Source: Acidobacteriota bacterium
GTDB taxonomy: Bacteria; Acidobacteriota; Vicinamibacteria; Vicinamibacterales; 2-12-FULL-66-21
DNA length: 35,328 nucleotides
Assembly (NCBI GenBank): GCA_003223835.1
Contig: QHWR01000141.1
Coordinates: 8,187-43,514, forward strand
Direction: 5' to 3'
The stretch's first letter is position 1. The number at the start of each line of letters is the position of its first letter. Below, piece by piece: positions 26,955 to 35,328 of this stretch. The notes under the pieces were generated by a model. That model was not told where the DNA came from, ran no database searches, and saw only the letters and a program-made list of their open reading frames with translations. The position numbers and the translations under genes are program-made.

Positions 26955-29150
26955 TCAGAACTGCGGCGGCGCTTCGTCGAGCGTCAGCTCGAGCAGTCGA
27001 TCGATCGGCTGCCCGCGCCATCGCCAGGTCTTTCCGCCTGGCATCCGGACCTCGACGTCCACGACACCGGCGTACGAGCCGAGTCCGTAGTACGCCCGCA
27101 AATCGCCCTGAGACAAATAGCTGCCGCCAGACCGGATCTCCCGGACCTGCCGCGTGCCGCCGGCGTCGACGGTCACGCGCGCGCCAATGCAAAAGCGGTT
27201 GCGGCCTCCCTTTCGGAGTTGCACGGCCACCCAGTGATGCCCCGTTGTTTGCCGGTTGTTCAGCACTGTCGGCACGTCATCCATGTTGGTGATGACCACG
27301 TCGAGATCGCCATCGTTGTCGAGATCGCCGACGGCAAGACCGCGGCTCGACCTGGTCACCTGCAACCCGGGGCCCGCGGTCTCCGAGACGTCGATGAACC
27401 GCCCTCCGCGGTTGAGGAACAGCTGATTCTTCTGACGGAAGCTTTCATGGAGCTGCGGGTAGTCGTCGACGTTCGGGTAGATGTGCCCGTTGGCGAAGAA
27501 GAGATCCGGATGGCCGTCGAGATCGGCGTCGAAGAACGCCGTCCCCCATCCCATGCGCACGAACGTTGGGCCCGCGAGACCGGTCTCCGTGGTCGCGTCT
27601 TCGAACGAATGCCCGTCGCGATTGTGATAGAGCGTGTTGCTGTCGTGCGCGAAGGCGGTGAGGATCAGATCGAGGCGGCCGTCGCCATCGTAGTCACCCG
27701 AATCGACACCCATGCCGGCTTGCGCGCGACCGTCTACGTTGAGTGCCACGCCGCTCGCGAGGCCGACGCTCTCGAACCGGCCGTCGCCGCGGTTGTGATA
27801 AAGGAAATCGGGATTCGTATCGTTGGCGACGAACAGATCGACCCACCCGTCATTGTCGTAGTCCGTGGCGACGACACCGAAGCCGTAGTCCGGCGCGGCA
27901 TCTGTGAGACCGTGCGCCGCGGTCGCTTCCACGAAGGTCCCGTCGCCGCGGTTCTCGAAGAAGAGATCGGCCTCGCCCGGCAGGCCCGCCGGGCCGATCA
28001 TCGTCTTTGGACCGCCGCGCCAGGTGAGCAGGCGCTGCGCCCGGGCGAGGTCGCCCCAGCTCGTGCTCACGTACCGCGCGACGTATAAATCGAGATCGCC
28101 GTCACCATCCGCGTCGAAAAACGTGCACCCCGTGCTCCATCCTCCGGCCTGCACGCCGGCTTTCGCAGCGGTCTCTGTGAACGTCCCGTCGCCGTTGTTG
28201 CGGAACAGGAAATTGGGACCGAAGTTCGTGACATAGATATCCAGTTTCCCGTCATCGTCAACGTCGCCGACGCAGACGCCGTTGCCCCACGCGGCGACGT
28301 CGACACCGGATCCTGCCGAGACGTCCCTGAATTTCCAGCCGCCGAGATTCTTGTACAGAGCGTTGCGATGCGGAATCCTCTCGCGCTGATTCGACAACTC
28401 GAACGCGTTGACGACATACACATCGAGCAAGCCGTCGCCGTCGTAGTCGAACAAGGCCACGCCACTGCCTCCGGACTCGAGGATGTGGTCCTTCGTACGA
28501 CCGCCGCAGAACGTCCTGGTGGGGATGCAGGGCACTTCCTCGAACTGCACCGGAGAGGTGACGGTGGAAGCCGTGCCGCCTGACGCACGAAGATCCGGTG
28601 GCGGACCCATCGCGGAGCCGTGTCCACCGTAGACCGGTTCCGCCACTTTGGTCTGACTGTAGCTGCCCTGAAACGCGAGATCCTCGAGAGGATCGGGCGT
28701 CAGCCGCGTCGCGACCCGTTCGAGCAGTCGGCGGAATTCCGTGCCGGATGCCGTCAACGGTCTTCCGCTCCCCGCGTGTTTCCGCAGCATCCGCGCGGCC
28801 TCACCGAGTTCCTTGCGGAGATCCTCGGGCAGCACTGCAGGGTCGGAGGCGGCGAGCGTATCGAACCGGCCGGCCGCGTCCCGGAGCAGTTGCTTCAACG
28901 CGCCGCTGTTGGCGCCCGCAGCGGCGACGCGATTCAGCAGCTCGACGGCCTCATGCTGAACCTCACGCGCCCGCGCGCGCCCCCGGGCAAGGTCGGCGTC
29001 AGTCGCAGCCGGTGACGAAGCGCTCTGATATGCGGAGAGGGAACCGCGGAATTCAGGTGGCAGGAATAACAGAAGGATCGCGACGCCGATGGACAGACCC
29101 GCCGCGGCGCGCAACGAAATCATCTTTTTATGATCAGAAAAAAGGATCAC
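26955..29150 (-). CDS. CRTAC1-family protein (FG-GAP/VCBS repeats + ASPIC/UnbV) with N-terminal helical extension
   Basis: Repeated DYDGDGLLD/DADGDGDLD/DYDNDGWVD motifs, GMGVDSGDYD, SRGLAVGDLDNDGDLD, IGARV..GGSYLSQ. GTGA overlap with the upstream gene; ATG 29123 is an alternative start. Confidence 0.92.
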   Translation of the reverse strand: MILFSDHKKMISLRAAAGLSIGVAILLLFLPPEFRGSLSAYQSASSPAATDADLARGRARAREVQHEAVELLNRVAAAGANSGALKQLLRDAAGRFDTLAASDPAVLPEDLRKELGEAARMLRKHAGSGRPLTASGTEFRRLLERVATRLTPDPLEDLAFQGSYSQTKVAEPVYGGHGSAMGPPPDLRASGGTASTVTSPVQFEEVPCIPTRTFCGGRTKDHILESGGSGVALFDYDGDGLLDVYVVNAFELSNQRERIPHRNALYKNLGGWKFRDVSAGSGVDVAAWGNGVCVGDVDDDGKLDIYVTNFGPNFLFRNNGDGTFTETAAKAGVQAGGWSTGCTFFDADGDGDLDLYVARYVSTSWGDLARAQRLLTWRGGPKTMIGPAGLPGEADLFFENRGDGTFVEATAAHGLTDAAPDYGFGVVATDYDNDGWVDLFVANDTNPDFLYHNRGDGRFESVGLASGVALNVDGRAQAGMGVDSGDYDGDGRLDLILTAFAHDSNTLYHNRDGHSFEDATTETGLAGPTFVRMGWGTAFFDADLDGHPDLFFANGHIYPNVDDYPQLHESFRQKNQLFLNRGGRFIDVSETAGPGLQVTRSSRGLAVGDLDNDGDLDVVITNMDDVPTVLNNRQTTGHHWVAVQLRKGGRNRFCIGARVTVDAGGTRQVREIRSGGSYLSQGDLRAYYGLGSYAGVVDVEVRMPGGKTWRWRGQPIDRLLELTLDEAPPQF

Positions 29151-32100
29151 TTCCCAGCCTGAAGCTGCTTCAACAACTGAAGACCTTGCGGGTGCGTCGG
29201 ATTCCGCTGCAGCAGCCGCTCGAGTGCCTGCACCGCCTGTCGTTGCTGACCGGACGCGACGTACAGCCGGCAGAGCGTGACGTACGCAGGTTCGAACGCC
29301 GGATTCTCTTTCGATAACTTCTCGAGCAGCGCGATCGCGGCGGCCGTCTCGCCGCGCGCGTTCAGGACGAGCGCCAGATTGTTCGCCGCTTCGCCGTAAT
29401 CGGGCCGCTTGTCGACGGCCTGCCTGAAGTACGTCTCGGCGTGCTCGAGATCGCGCTGCTGGCCGAAGAAGATGCCGACGTTGTTCAGGGCTTCGGGGAA
29501 GTCCGGTCGAAGCTTCAGCGCGCGCTGGTACAACTCGTACGCCTGCTCCGTCTGCCCCGTCTGAAAGAGCGTGTATCCGAGGTTGTTCAGCGCGTCCGCA
29601 TAATCAGGCTTCGCCTCGAGCGCTTTGCGAAAGCGCCCCAGTGCGCCCGCGATATCGCCGTTTTGTGCGAGCAGCGCGCCGAGCGTGTTGTTGGCGTCGG
29701 GGTACTCCGGGTTGAGGGCGAGCGCCTGCTCGAACGCCGCCCGCGCGCGCGACGGCTGCCCGAGTTTCATGTAGAGCGTGCCGAGGTTGTAGAACGTGAT
29801 CGCGCTCGGGTCCACCCTGGCCACGCGCTCGAATGCCGCCAACGCGGGCACATCGAAGCCCTGCTCCGACAGCTCGAGGCCGTACTGGAAGTAGCTGCGG
29901 TCCCCCGGCGGTGAAGTGAAGGTGCCGGGAAACGGCACCGCCCGCGCCAGGCAGTCGGCCGGCGACGCGTTGATGCCGGCGACGTCCTCAGCGATCCGCG
30001 CGGCCGCAAGCGGTTCGCGATAGACCTTGACGATCTCTCCTCCTGCATTCACCAGAAACGCCGTCGGCAACGGCAGGTCCTCGCGTCGATCGAAGAGATA
30101 CCGGTGGACGATGTTGTAGGTGCCGGCGAGTTCTGCGCTCGCAATCACCACAGCTAACCCGAGATCCTGGACGGCCGACCGGACCTTCGCCGCATCTTCC
30201 GGCGGATCGACGGCCAGAGCAAGAATCGAAACGCCCGCGGCGGTCAGCGCCTGCCGCTCGCGCGAGATGGCTTCGAGCGCGGCGCGCGACGGCGGCGCCC
30301 AGGTCGCCCAGAAGTAGATCAGTACGGGGTGACCGGCCAGCCCCGAAAGTGAGTGCTCGTTGCCTTCGAGGTCGCGCAGGGTGAAGTCCGGCGCCGGGAA
30401 CGGCCGATAGAGCCAGGTCCCTGTCGAGGCTGACGCGCCGGCGTCGCGGCTCGTGGGGACGATGCCCGCCGGTGGGGCCACACTCGCCGTTCGAAACGGC
30501 TCGCTGCGAAGCGTCTCGCTGCCCTCCTCGATCCAGACACGACGATTGAGCGGAACATCGGAGAAGGTCTGCACGAGGCCGCCCGGCCACGCGATCGTGA
30601 CCTTGTTGATTCGCTGACTCTTGCCCAGACCGAACAGCAACGCCTTCGAGTGCTGGGACAGGAAACCGGATCCCGCCATGACAATCCGCGTCGCCCGAAC
30701 TTGATCGGCCTCGACCGTCACGCGCGCGCCGATCGCATCACGATTGCTCTTCGTGCCGGTCAGGTGGATCGTCACGCTCGCATTGCCCGCGGCGTAATCG
30801 TTGCGGAACACTCGAAGCTGCGGCGACGAGCGCGGGGCCATCAGGATCACGTCGGCGTCGCCATCCTCGTCATAGTCGAGAACGGCAAAAGACCGCCCGT
30901 CCTGATCGACGTCGAGTCCAGCGGTGCCCGAGACCTCGTCGAATCCGCCGTGGCCGTTGTTGCGCAGCAGCACGTTGCGCTCGTGCTGCGCCTGCGCCCC
31001 ATTGCTGACGAGCAGACGGTTGGTCGCGCGCCAACCATCATCGTACGGAGTCCCCGGCTTTCGTGTCAGCGGCGACTGCGCCACGACCTGCCGCCAGAAA
31101 AAGCTGTCGACGTCCACCGCGGCCTCGTCTTCGTCGCGTGTGAACATCCCGTTCACGATGTAGAGGTCCTGCCAGCCGTCGTTGTCGAAATCGAAAGCAT
31201 CGGAGGACCATGCCCAGCGGCCGAACTCGGCTCCAGCCTGCCGCGTCACGTCAGCGAACGTGCCGTTGCCCTGGTTGCGGAAGAGCGAATTCCCGCGCGT
31301 ATGGCGGCGATAGATATCGCGCACCTCCGCCGGCGCGTCGCGCTTGAAGCCAGGCTCGGATGTCACGCGCTGTCCTGCCGCGGTCCACATGTTGCCCGTA
31401 TAGATGTCCATGCGCCCGTCGTTGTCGTAGTCCAGGAACGTCGCGCTCATTCCGGCGCCGTAATCCTCGACACCCGCTGCGGCCGCGACGTCTCTGAAGT
31501 GCAGGTGTCCGTTCACCATCCCCTCGTTGCGGTACAGGTTCTTGCGGCCGAAGTCGTTCGCAACGAGCAGATCCGGCCAGCCGTCCTCGTCATAGTCGAC
31601 CCACGCCGCCGCAAAACTGAATCGATCGTTGTTCTGGTCGAGGCCCACCTGATCCGTGACGTCGACAAAATGCCCACGACCGTCGTTTCTGAGGAGCACG
31701 TTCGGCGAGCCATTCAGCGCATCGTGGTAAGGCGACGGCGGACCGGCTTTGTCCTCGCTCACGCCGATGAAGTAGCCGTACGCACATAAATAGAGGTCCA
31801 GGAAACCGTCGCGATCGTAGTCGGCCATCGCCGCCGACGTCAGCGATCCCTGCAGCGGCTGCTTGAATTGGAAGGCTTCGGGGTCGCGAGTGAACCGGCC
31901 CTTGCCGTCGTTGCGAAACAGCAGCGGGCCGGTGCGCGTCAGCAGGATCAGATCCTGATCGCCGTCGTTGTCCACGTCCGCGAAGAGCGCCTGCGACGTC
32001 CGGTCGAGGATCGCGAGCCCCGCGGCTTCGGTCGCGTCCTCGAACGTGCCGTCCCCTTTGTTGCGAAAGAGCCGGTTCGGCAGCCCCTCCGGTTGAGACA

Positions 32101-32998
32101 CGTACAAGTCGTCGAGTCCGTCGCCGTCGAAATCGCCAACCGACACGCCGTGATGTCCCATGCCGCGAGGCATGAACACGGCGTCGAGGTGCGACGCCCA
32201 GTAATCGAGCCCCGGAACGAGCTGGCGGCGAAACGAGAGATTCTGGCCGAGCGCCGTATCGGTGACTTCGGTGAAGACCGGCGACGCCGCGCGGCTGCGC
32301 AGGTGATCCAGCGTCGACCACTCGATGACGCGCCAGCCGTCGGGCGCGTGTTGCCACCGCATCTGCCAGTGCCCGAGCCGCTCCGCGCGCCCGCCCCCTT
32401 TGACGCCGCCGGTGAAATCGAACCTCACCGTCGTGCGCACGCGTGGATCGCTCCCGCGTTCGATGTCGATTCGCGTGATCAGGAACTCGGCTGTCTGGAC
32501 GGCGGTGAAGTCGTCCAGCAGGGCGCTCAGCTCTTTGCGGAAGGCGATGCGATCGAGGACCAGGTCGGACGCGATCGTCGACGCGCGGAAGATCTCGAGC
32601 TTCGGACTCTGGCCCGTGGCGGCTTCATTCAGCGGCAGGAGATGACCGCCTCTGAACTCCGGCGCCAGCAGCCAATCGGCGATGTCCGCCGTGCGATTCG
32701 GGTGCTCGCGCACGCGCGCGCTCAGCTCCCCGAGGCGGCCGGCCAGTTCAGCGGCTTCCTTCTCCTCGGGAAACTCGTCGCTGCCAGGGGCGAGCTGTTT
32801 GAAGACGGGCTCGAGCGAGGGAGGCACGCGATCTTTCGGCCGGTACCGGTAGCCGCCGCCGCTGGTGTTCGCCTGAGGGTTGGCGGCGCGGCCCTGCGCC
32901 ACGAGCGCCTCGTACCCGAGCGCGCCGTTCAGCAGGACGAGAAAGGCGAAGCGGCAAATGCCGGATGTCAAACCCGACCGAGATCTGACATTCGGCAT
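29147..32998 (-). CDS. Multidomain FG-GAP/ASPIC-UnbV + thioredoxin-like (TlpA/redoxin) + TPR protein
   Basis: FG-GAP Ca-binding repeats; NRDAIGARV..GSGFLSQ; APDFTLRDLEG..FWATWAPPS..LPTAFLVN; C-terminal TPRs. Start codon uncertain. Confidence 0.9.
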   Translation of the reverse strand: MPNVRSRSGLTSGICRFAFLVLLNGALGYEALVAQGRAANPQANTSGGGYRYRPKDRVPPSLEPVFKQLAPGSDEFPEEKEAAELAGRLGELSARVREHPNRTADIADWLLAPEFRGGHLLPLNEAATGQSPKLEIFRASTIASDLVLDRIAFRKELSALLDDFTAVQTAEFLITRIDIERGSDPRVRTTVRFDFTGGVKGGGRAERLGHWQMRWQHAPDGWRVIEWSTLDHLRSRAASPVFTEVTDTALGQNLSFRRQLVPGLDYWASHLDAVFMPRGMGHHGVSVGDFDGDGLDDLYVSQPEGLPNRLFRNKGDGTFEDATEAAGLAILDRTSQALFADVDNDGDQDLILLTRTGPLLFRNDGKGRFTRDPEAFQFKQPLQGSLTSAAMADYDRDGFLDLYLCAYGYFIGVSEDKAGPPSPYHDALNGSPNVLLRNDGRGHFVDVTDQVGLDQNNDRFSFAAAWVDYDEDGWPDLLVANDFGRKNLYRNEGMVNGHLHFRDVAAAAGVEDYGAGMSATFLDYDNDGRMDIYTGNMWTAAGQRVTSEPGFKRDAPAEVRDIYRRHTRGNSLFRNQGNGTFADVTRQAGAEFGRWAWSSDAFDFDNDGWQDLYIVNGMFTRDEDEAAVDVDSFFWRQVVAQSPLTRKPGTPYDDGWRATNRLLVSNGAQAQHERNVLLRNNGHGGFDEVSGTAGLDVDQDGRSFAVLDYDEDGDADVILMAPRSSPQLRVFRNDYAAGNASVTIHLTGTKSNRDAIGARVTVEADQVRATRIVMAGSGFLSQHSKALLFGLGKSQRINKVTIAWPGGLVQTFSDVPLNRRVWIEEGSETLRSEPFRTASVAPPAGIVPTSRDAGASASTGTWLYRPFPAPDFTLRDLEGNEHSLSGLAGHPVLIYFWATWAPPSRAALEAISRERQALTAAGVSILALAVDPPEDAAKVRSAVQDLGLAVVIASAELAGTYNIVHRYLFDRREDLPLPTAFLVNAGGEIVKVYREPLAAARIAEDVAGINASPADCLARAVPFPGTFTSPPGDRSYFQYGLELSEQGFDVPALAAFERVARVDPSAITFYNLGTLYMKLGQPSRARAAFEQALALNPEYPDANNTLGALLAQNGDIAGALGRFRKALEAKPDYADALNNLGYTLFQTGQTEQAYELYQRALKLRPDFPEALNNVGIFFGQQRDLEHAETYFRQAVDKRPDYGEAANNLALVLNARGETAAAIALLEKLSKENPAFEPAYVTLCRLYVASGQQRQAVQALERLLQRNPTHPQGLQLLKQLQAGK

Positions 32999-33004
32999 TT
33001 GCCG
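32952..33004. repeat. 19-bp inverted repeat (1 mismatch, 15-nt loop) with 7-mer periodicity
   Basis: cggcaaatgccggatgtca ... tgacattcggcatttgccg. It resembles the interior of the 14828-14936 element. Confidence 0.8.
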
Positions 33005-33011
33005 GACGGCC

Positions 33012-35328
33012 CTAGTAAGTGAATTTCAGCACCAGCTCCACAATCCTGGGTGCTGAAAACGTGTTCTGGATTCGCCCGAACGTTGTCGGGTCCGAGATGT
33101 TTGCGGAGCCAGCCTGCAGGGCGAAATTGGGATGGTTCAGCACGTTGAACGCCTCGACCTTGAACGTCAGATAACGCCTGTCGTCTATGACGTAGAAGTT
33201 CTTGCCCAGGCCCAGATCGAGATTCCAGTAACGCGGGCCGGACAGGATGCCGACGCCCGAGTTGCCGAACTGCCCCTTGGGAGCGCTCCTGAAGCAGTTG
33301 ATGTCGATCCAGGCGTCGTTCACGCCGGCCCCGGAGATCGCGCCGTTGCAGATGCGGTTCGGGCGTTCGAGCGAGCGGGTCGCCTGCAGCGACTGGCCGG
33401 CGCCGTCCCACACCGTCAGGGCGAGGCCGCTGTGCGCCTGGAAGATGCTGTTGAGGGTCCAACCGCCCAGGACGGCGTTCTTCACGCCCGTCGCGCTGCC
33501 GCCTCGTGACCTGCCGTACGGCACGTCGTAGACGGTGGCCAGGCTGAAGTTGTGGCTCATGTCGTACGGCGATCGTCCGTAGTCCTTTCGAGGGTTCGTG
33601 CTATCGAGGTAGTAATAGCCCTGCCCCGCCGTTTGACCCCAGCCCACGCCGTAATACCCGACGTTGTCGCTGAGTGCCTTGCTGTAGGTGTACGACGCGA
33701 GGAACTCGAGGCCTTCGGTCGGCCGCTGGCGCAGGCTCGTTTGCAGCGCGTCGTACGCGCCGATGCCGATCGAGTTCGTGCCGCTGGTCGTGCCGATGTT
33801 CGGGTTCAGCGGATAGAGCGGTCGCCGCTGATCCAACGGCCGCCACGTTTCGACCGGCCCCGGATCCGCTTCGGGCTGATTGAAGTCGAACGGCACGACC
33901 ATGTGACTGGCGCGGCTGCCCACATAGCCGATTTGACCGGAGAGCGCGCTCGTCAGCTTGCGCTCGACGAAGACGTTCCACTGCTTCGTGAGCTGCGGAC
34001 GGAGGTCCGGAGCGAAAATCCGGAAGAGCGTTCCCGGGCCGCCGTTGACGTTCGGGATGATGTCCGCAAAGCCGACCGACGCGCTCCCGGCACCCGTCGT
34101 CGCGTCAAAGACCTTTCGGCCTTCGAAGTTGAACGGCGGGTTCTGCGTGAGCCGCAGGTTCTTGCCGGTGCCTTCCATGTATTGCACGATCCCGAACGCG
34201 CCGCGCACCACCCATTTGTCGGTCGGCGTCCACGCGACGCCGAGTCGGGGCTCGAAGCCACCATAGTACGCGTTGAAGAGCGCGCGGCTGTTGCCTCCCT
34301 GACCGGCCAGGAGCAGCTGGCCCGTCTTCAGGTCGATGTTCGACTGCCGGTTGTCTTTCTCCACCCACGGCGACGTGTACTCCCACGTCAGTCCGAGGTT
34401 CAGGGTGAGGTTGTTCCGGACCTGGAAGTCGTCCTGCCCGAAGATGGCGACGCGATGGCCAAGTTGCATGAAGGGCGCCACCAGGCCGCCGCGCCCCTTG
34501 GCAGACACTTGATCGAGGAGGAAGTCCGAGAAGGCGAAGCCGGTGAATGCGCCGCCGTACTCGAAGTGACCGAGGATGCCCTCGTTGCCCGAATAGGAGT
34601 AGCCCTGCCGCTGGTAGAGCCATCGCCCGCCGAACTTCAGCTGATGACGGCCTTTGAACCACGTGTACTTTTCGGTGACCTGATAGCTCTTGTTGTTGTT
34701 GAACTCCGACCCGCCGGAATCCCCGACGCCGAAGTCGCCGATATTGAACGCGCTCAAGCCCGCGATCGTCTGGTCGCCGGGGATGCCGACGGTCGCGTTG
34801 GCCTTGCCGATGCCGGCCCAGTCCGTGGGAAGCGTCTGGAACTTCACGTGCGTGAAGCCCACGAGCAGCTCGTTGATGCCTGTCGCCGAGAGCGTACGGT
34901 TCCAGTTGAAGGCGAGGCCGAGAAACGGCGAATCGTTCGTCGCAATCAGGTTGCTCTGAAGCGGCGCGCGCTCGGGTTCCGACTTGTAATGCTGGTACGA
35001 CACGCGCCCGAAGAACCGATCGTGGTCCGACGTGTTTGCGTCGACTTTGAAATCGCCTTGGTGGACCCTCTGCTTGTCCGACGAAGGCGCGACCAGGTTG
35101 TTGTTGTCGCCGGACCGGTTGGGCAGCGGGTACAGCGTCTGGTTCGCGAGGATGGCCCGCGCGATCGGACTGAACCGGCCGACGGGGATGAGGTTGCCGG
35201 CGAAGGGCTGCCCCGTCTGCGGGTCGCGGATCGTCACGGGAACGCCCGAAAAGTCCCCACGGCGCCACGACTCGGGCGCGACGCTCCTGACCAGCTCGCC
35301 CGGACGGTTCCGGATGAAGCCCTGGTAA
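33012..35328 (-). CDS. TonB-dependent receptor, Oar-like acidobacterial type (3' part; start outside window)
   Basis: Frame open to the window edge (YQGFIRNRPGE...RGDFSG). Motifs QDDFQV, LNLGL, FEPRLGVAW, EAFNVLNHPNF, PRIVELVLKFTY. Confidence 0.95.
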   Translation of the reverse strand, partial: YQGFIRNRPGELVRSVAPESWRRGDFSGVPVTIRDPQTGQPFAGNLIPVGRFSPIARAILANQTLYPLPNRSGDNNNLVAPSSDKQRVHQGDFKVDANTSDHDRFFGRVSYQHYKSEPERAPLQSNLIATNDSPFLGLAFNWNRTLSATGINELLVGFTHVKFQTLPTDWAGIGKANATVGIPGDQTIAGLSAFNIGDFGVGDSGGSEFNNNKSYQVTEKYTWFKGRHQLKFGGRWLYQRQGYSYSGNEGILGHFEYGGAFTGFAFSDFLLDQVSAKGRGGLVAPFMQLGHRVAIFGQDDFQVRNNLTLNLGLTWEYTSPWVEKDNRQSNIDLKTGQLLLAGQGGNSRALFNAYYGGFEPRLGVAWTPTDKWVVRGAFGIVQYMEGTGKNLRLTQNPPFNFEGRKVFDATTGAGSASVGFADIIPNVNGGPGTLFRIFAPDLRPQLTKQWNVFVERKLTSALSGQIGYVGSRASHMVVPFDFNQPEADPGPVETWRPLDQRRPLYPLNPNIGTTSGTNSIGIGAYDALQTSLRQRPTEGLEFLASYTYSKALSDNVGYYGVGWGQTAGQGYYYLDSTNPRKDYGRSPYDMSHNFSLATVYDVPYGRSRGGSATGVKNAVLGGWTLNSIFQAHSGLALTVWDGAGQSLQATRSLERPNRICNGAISGAGVNDAWIDINCFRSAPKGQFGNSGVGILSGPRYWNLDLGLGKNFYVIDDRRYLTFKVEAFNVLNHPNFALQAGSANISDPTTFGRIQNTFSAPRIVELVLKFTY

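Noticed and set aside
29118-29146. AT-rich imperfect palindrome around TGATCA at the CRTAC1 gene start
   Set aside because: Short and imperfect; adequately explained as a translation-initiation region.
1-35328. tRNA, rRNA, riboswitch, transposase, integrase, phage or defence genes
   Set aside because: No recognisable signatures by eye; an Infernal/Rfam and HMM scan would be needed to exclude small RNAs formally.

Overview
GC-rich bacterial DNA, most likely Acidobacteriota (Vicinamibacteria-like). This is inferred from two ADOP-type orphan ABC permeases, three TonB-dependent receptors (TBDRs), CRTAC1/ASPIC-UnbV FG-GAP proteins and TPR fusions. About 17 genes are mostly for envelope, uptake or catabolism: DinB-family protein, Asp-box (BNR) propeller, ACS-type MFS, DAO-family FAD oxidoreductase, TBDR, orphan arsR, TBDR, sulfatase-fold/TPR protein, amidohydrolase, PQQ dehydrogenase, ADOP, DUF5107/TPR, DUF4091 (GH123-like), a conserved hypothetical, two CRTAC1-type proteins and a truncated TBDR. 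I see no rRNA, tRNA, CRISPR array, transposase or defence system. Three points stand out. (i) A candidate SusD-less, PUL-like system pairs TBDRs with FG-GAP/ASPIC propellers (one carrying a cysteine-less thioredoxin domain) and uncharacterised glycan-enzyme folds. (ii) Several enzymes have substituted catalytic motifs (TxPxH 'sulfatase', Asp-to-His amidohydrolase). (iii) Several families of short palindromic repeats sit at gene junctions, two nested inside one another, some supplying start or stop codons, plus a 47-bp tandem array directly after arsR. All assignments come from motif reading only; no database search was run.
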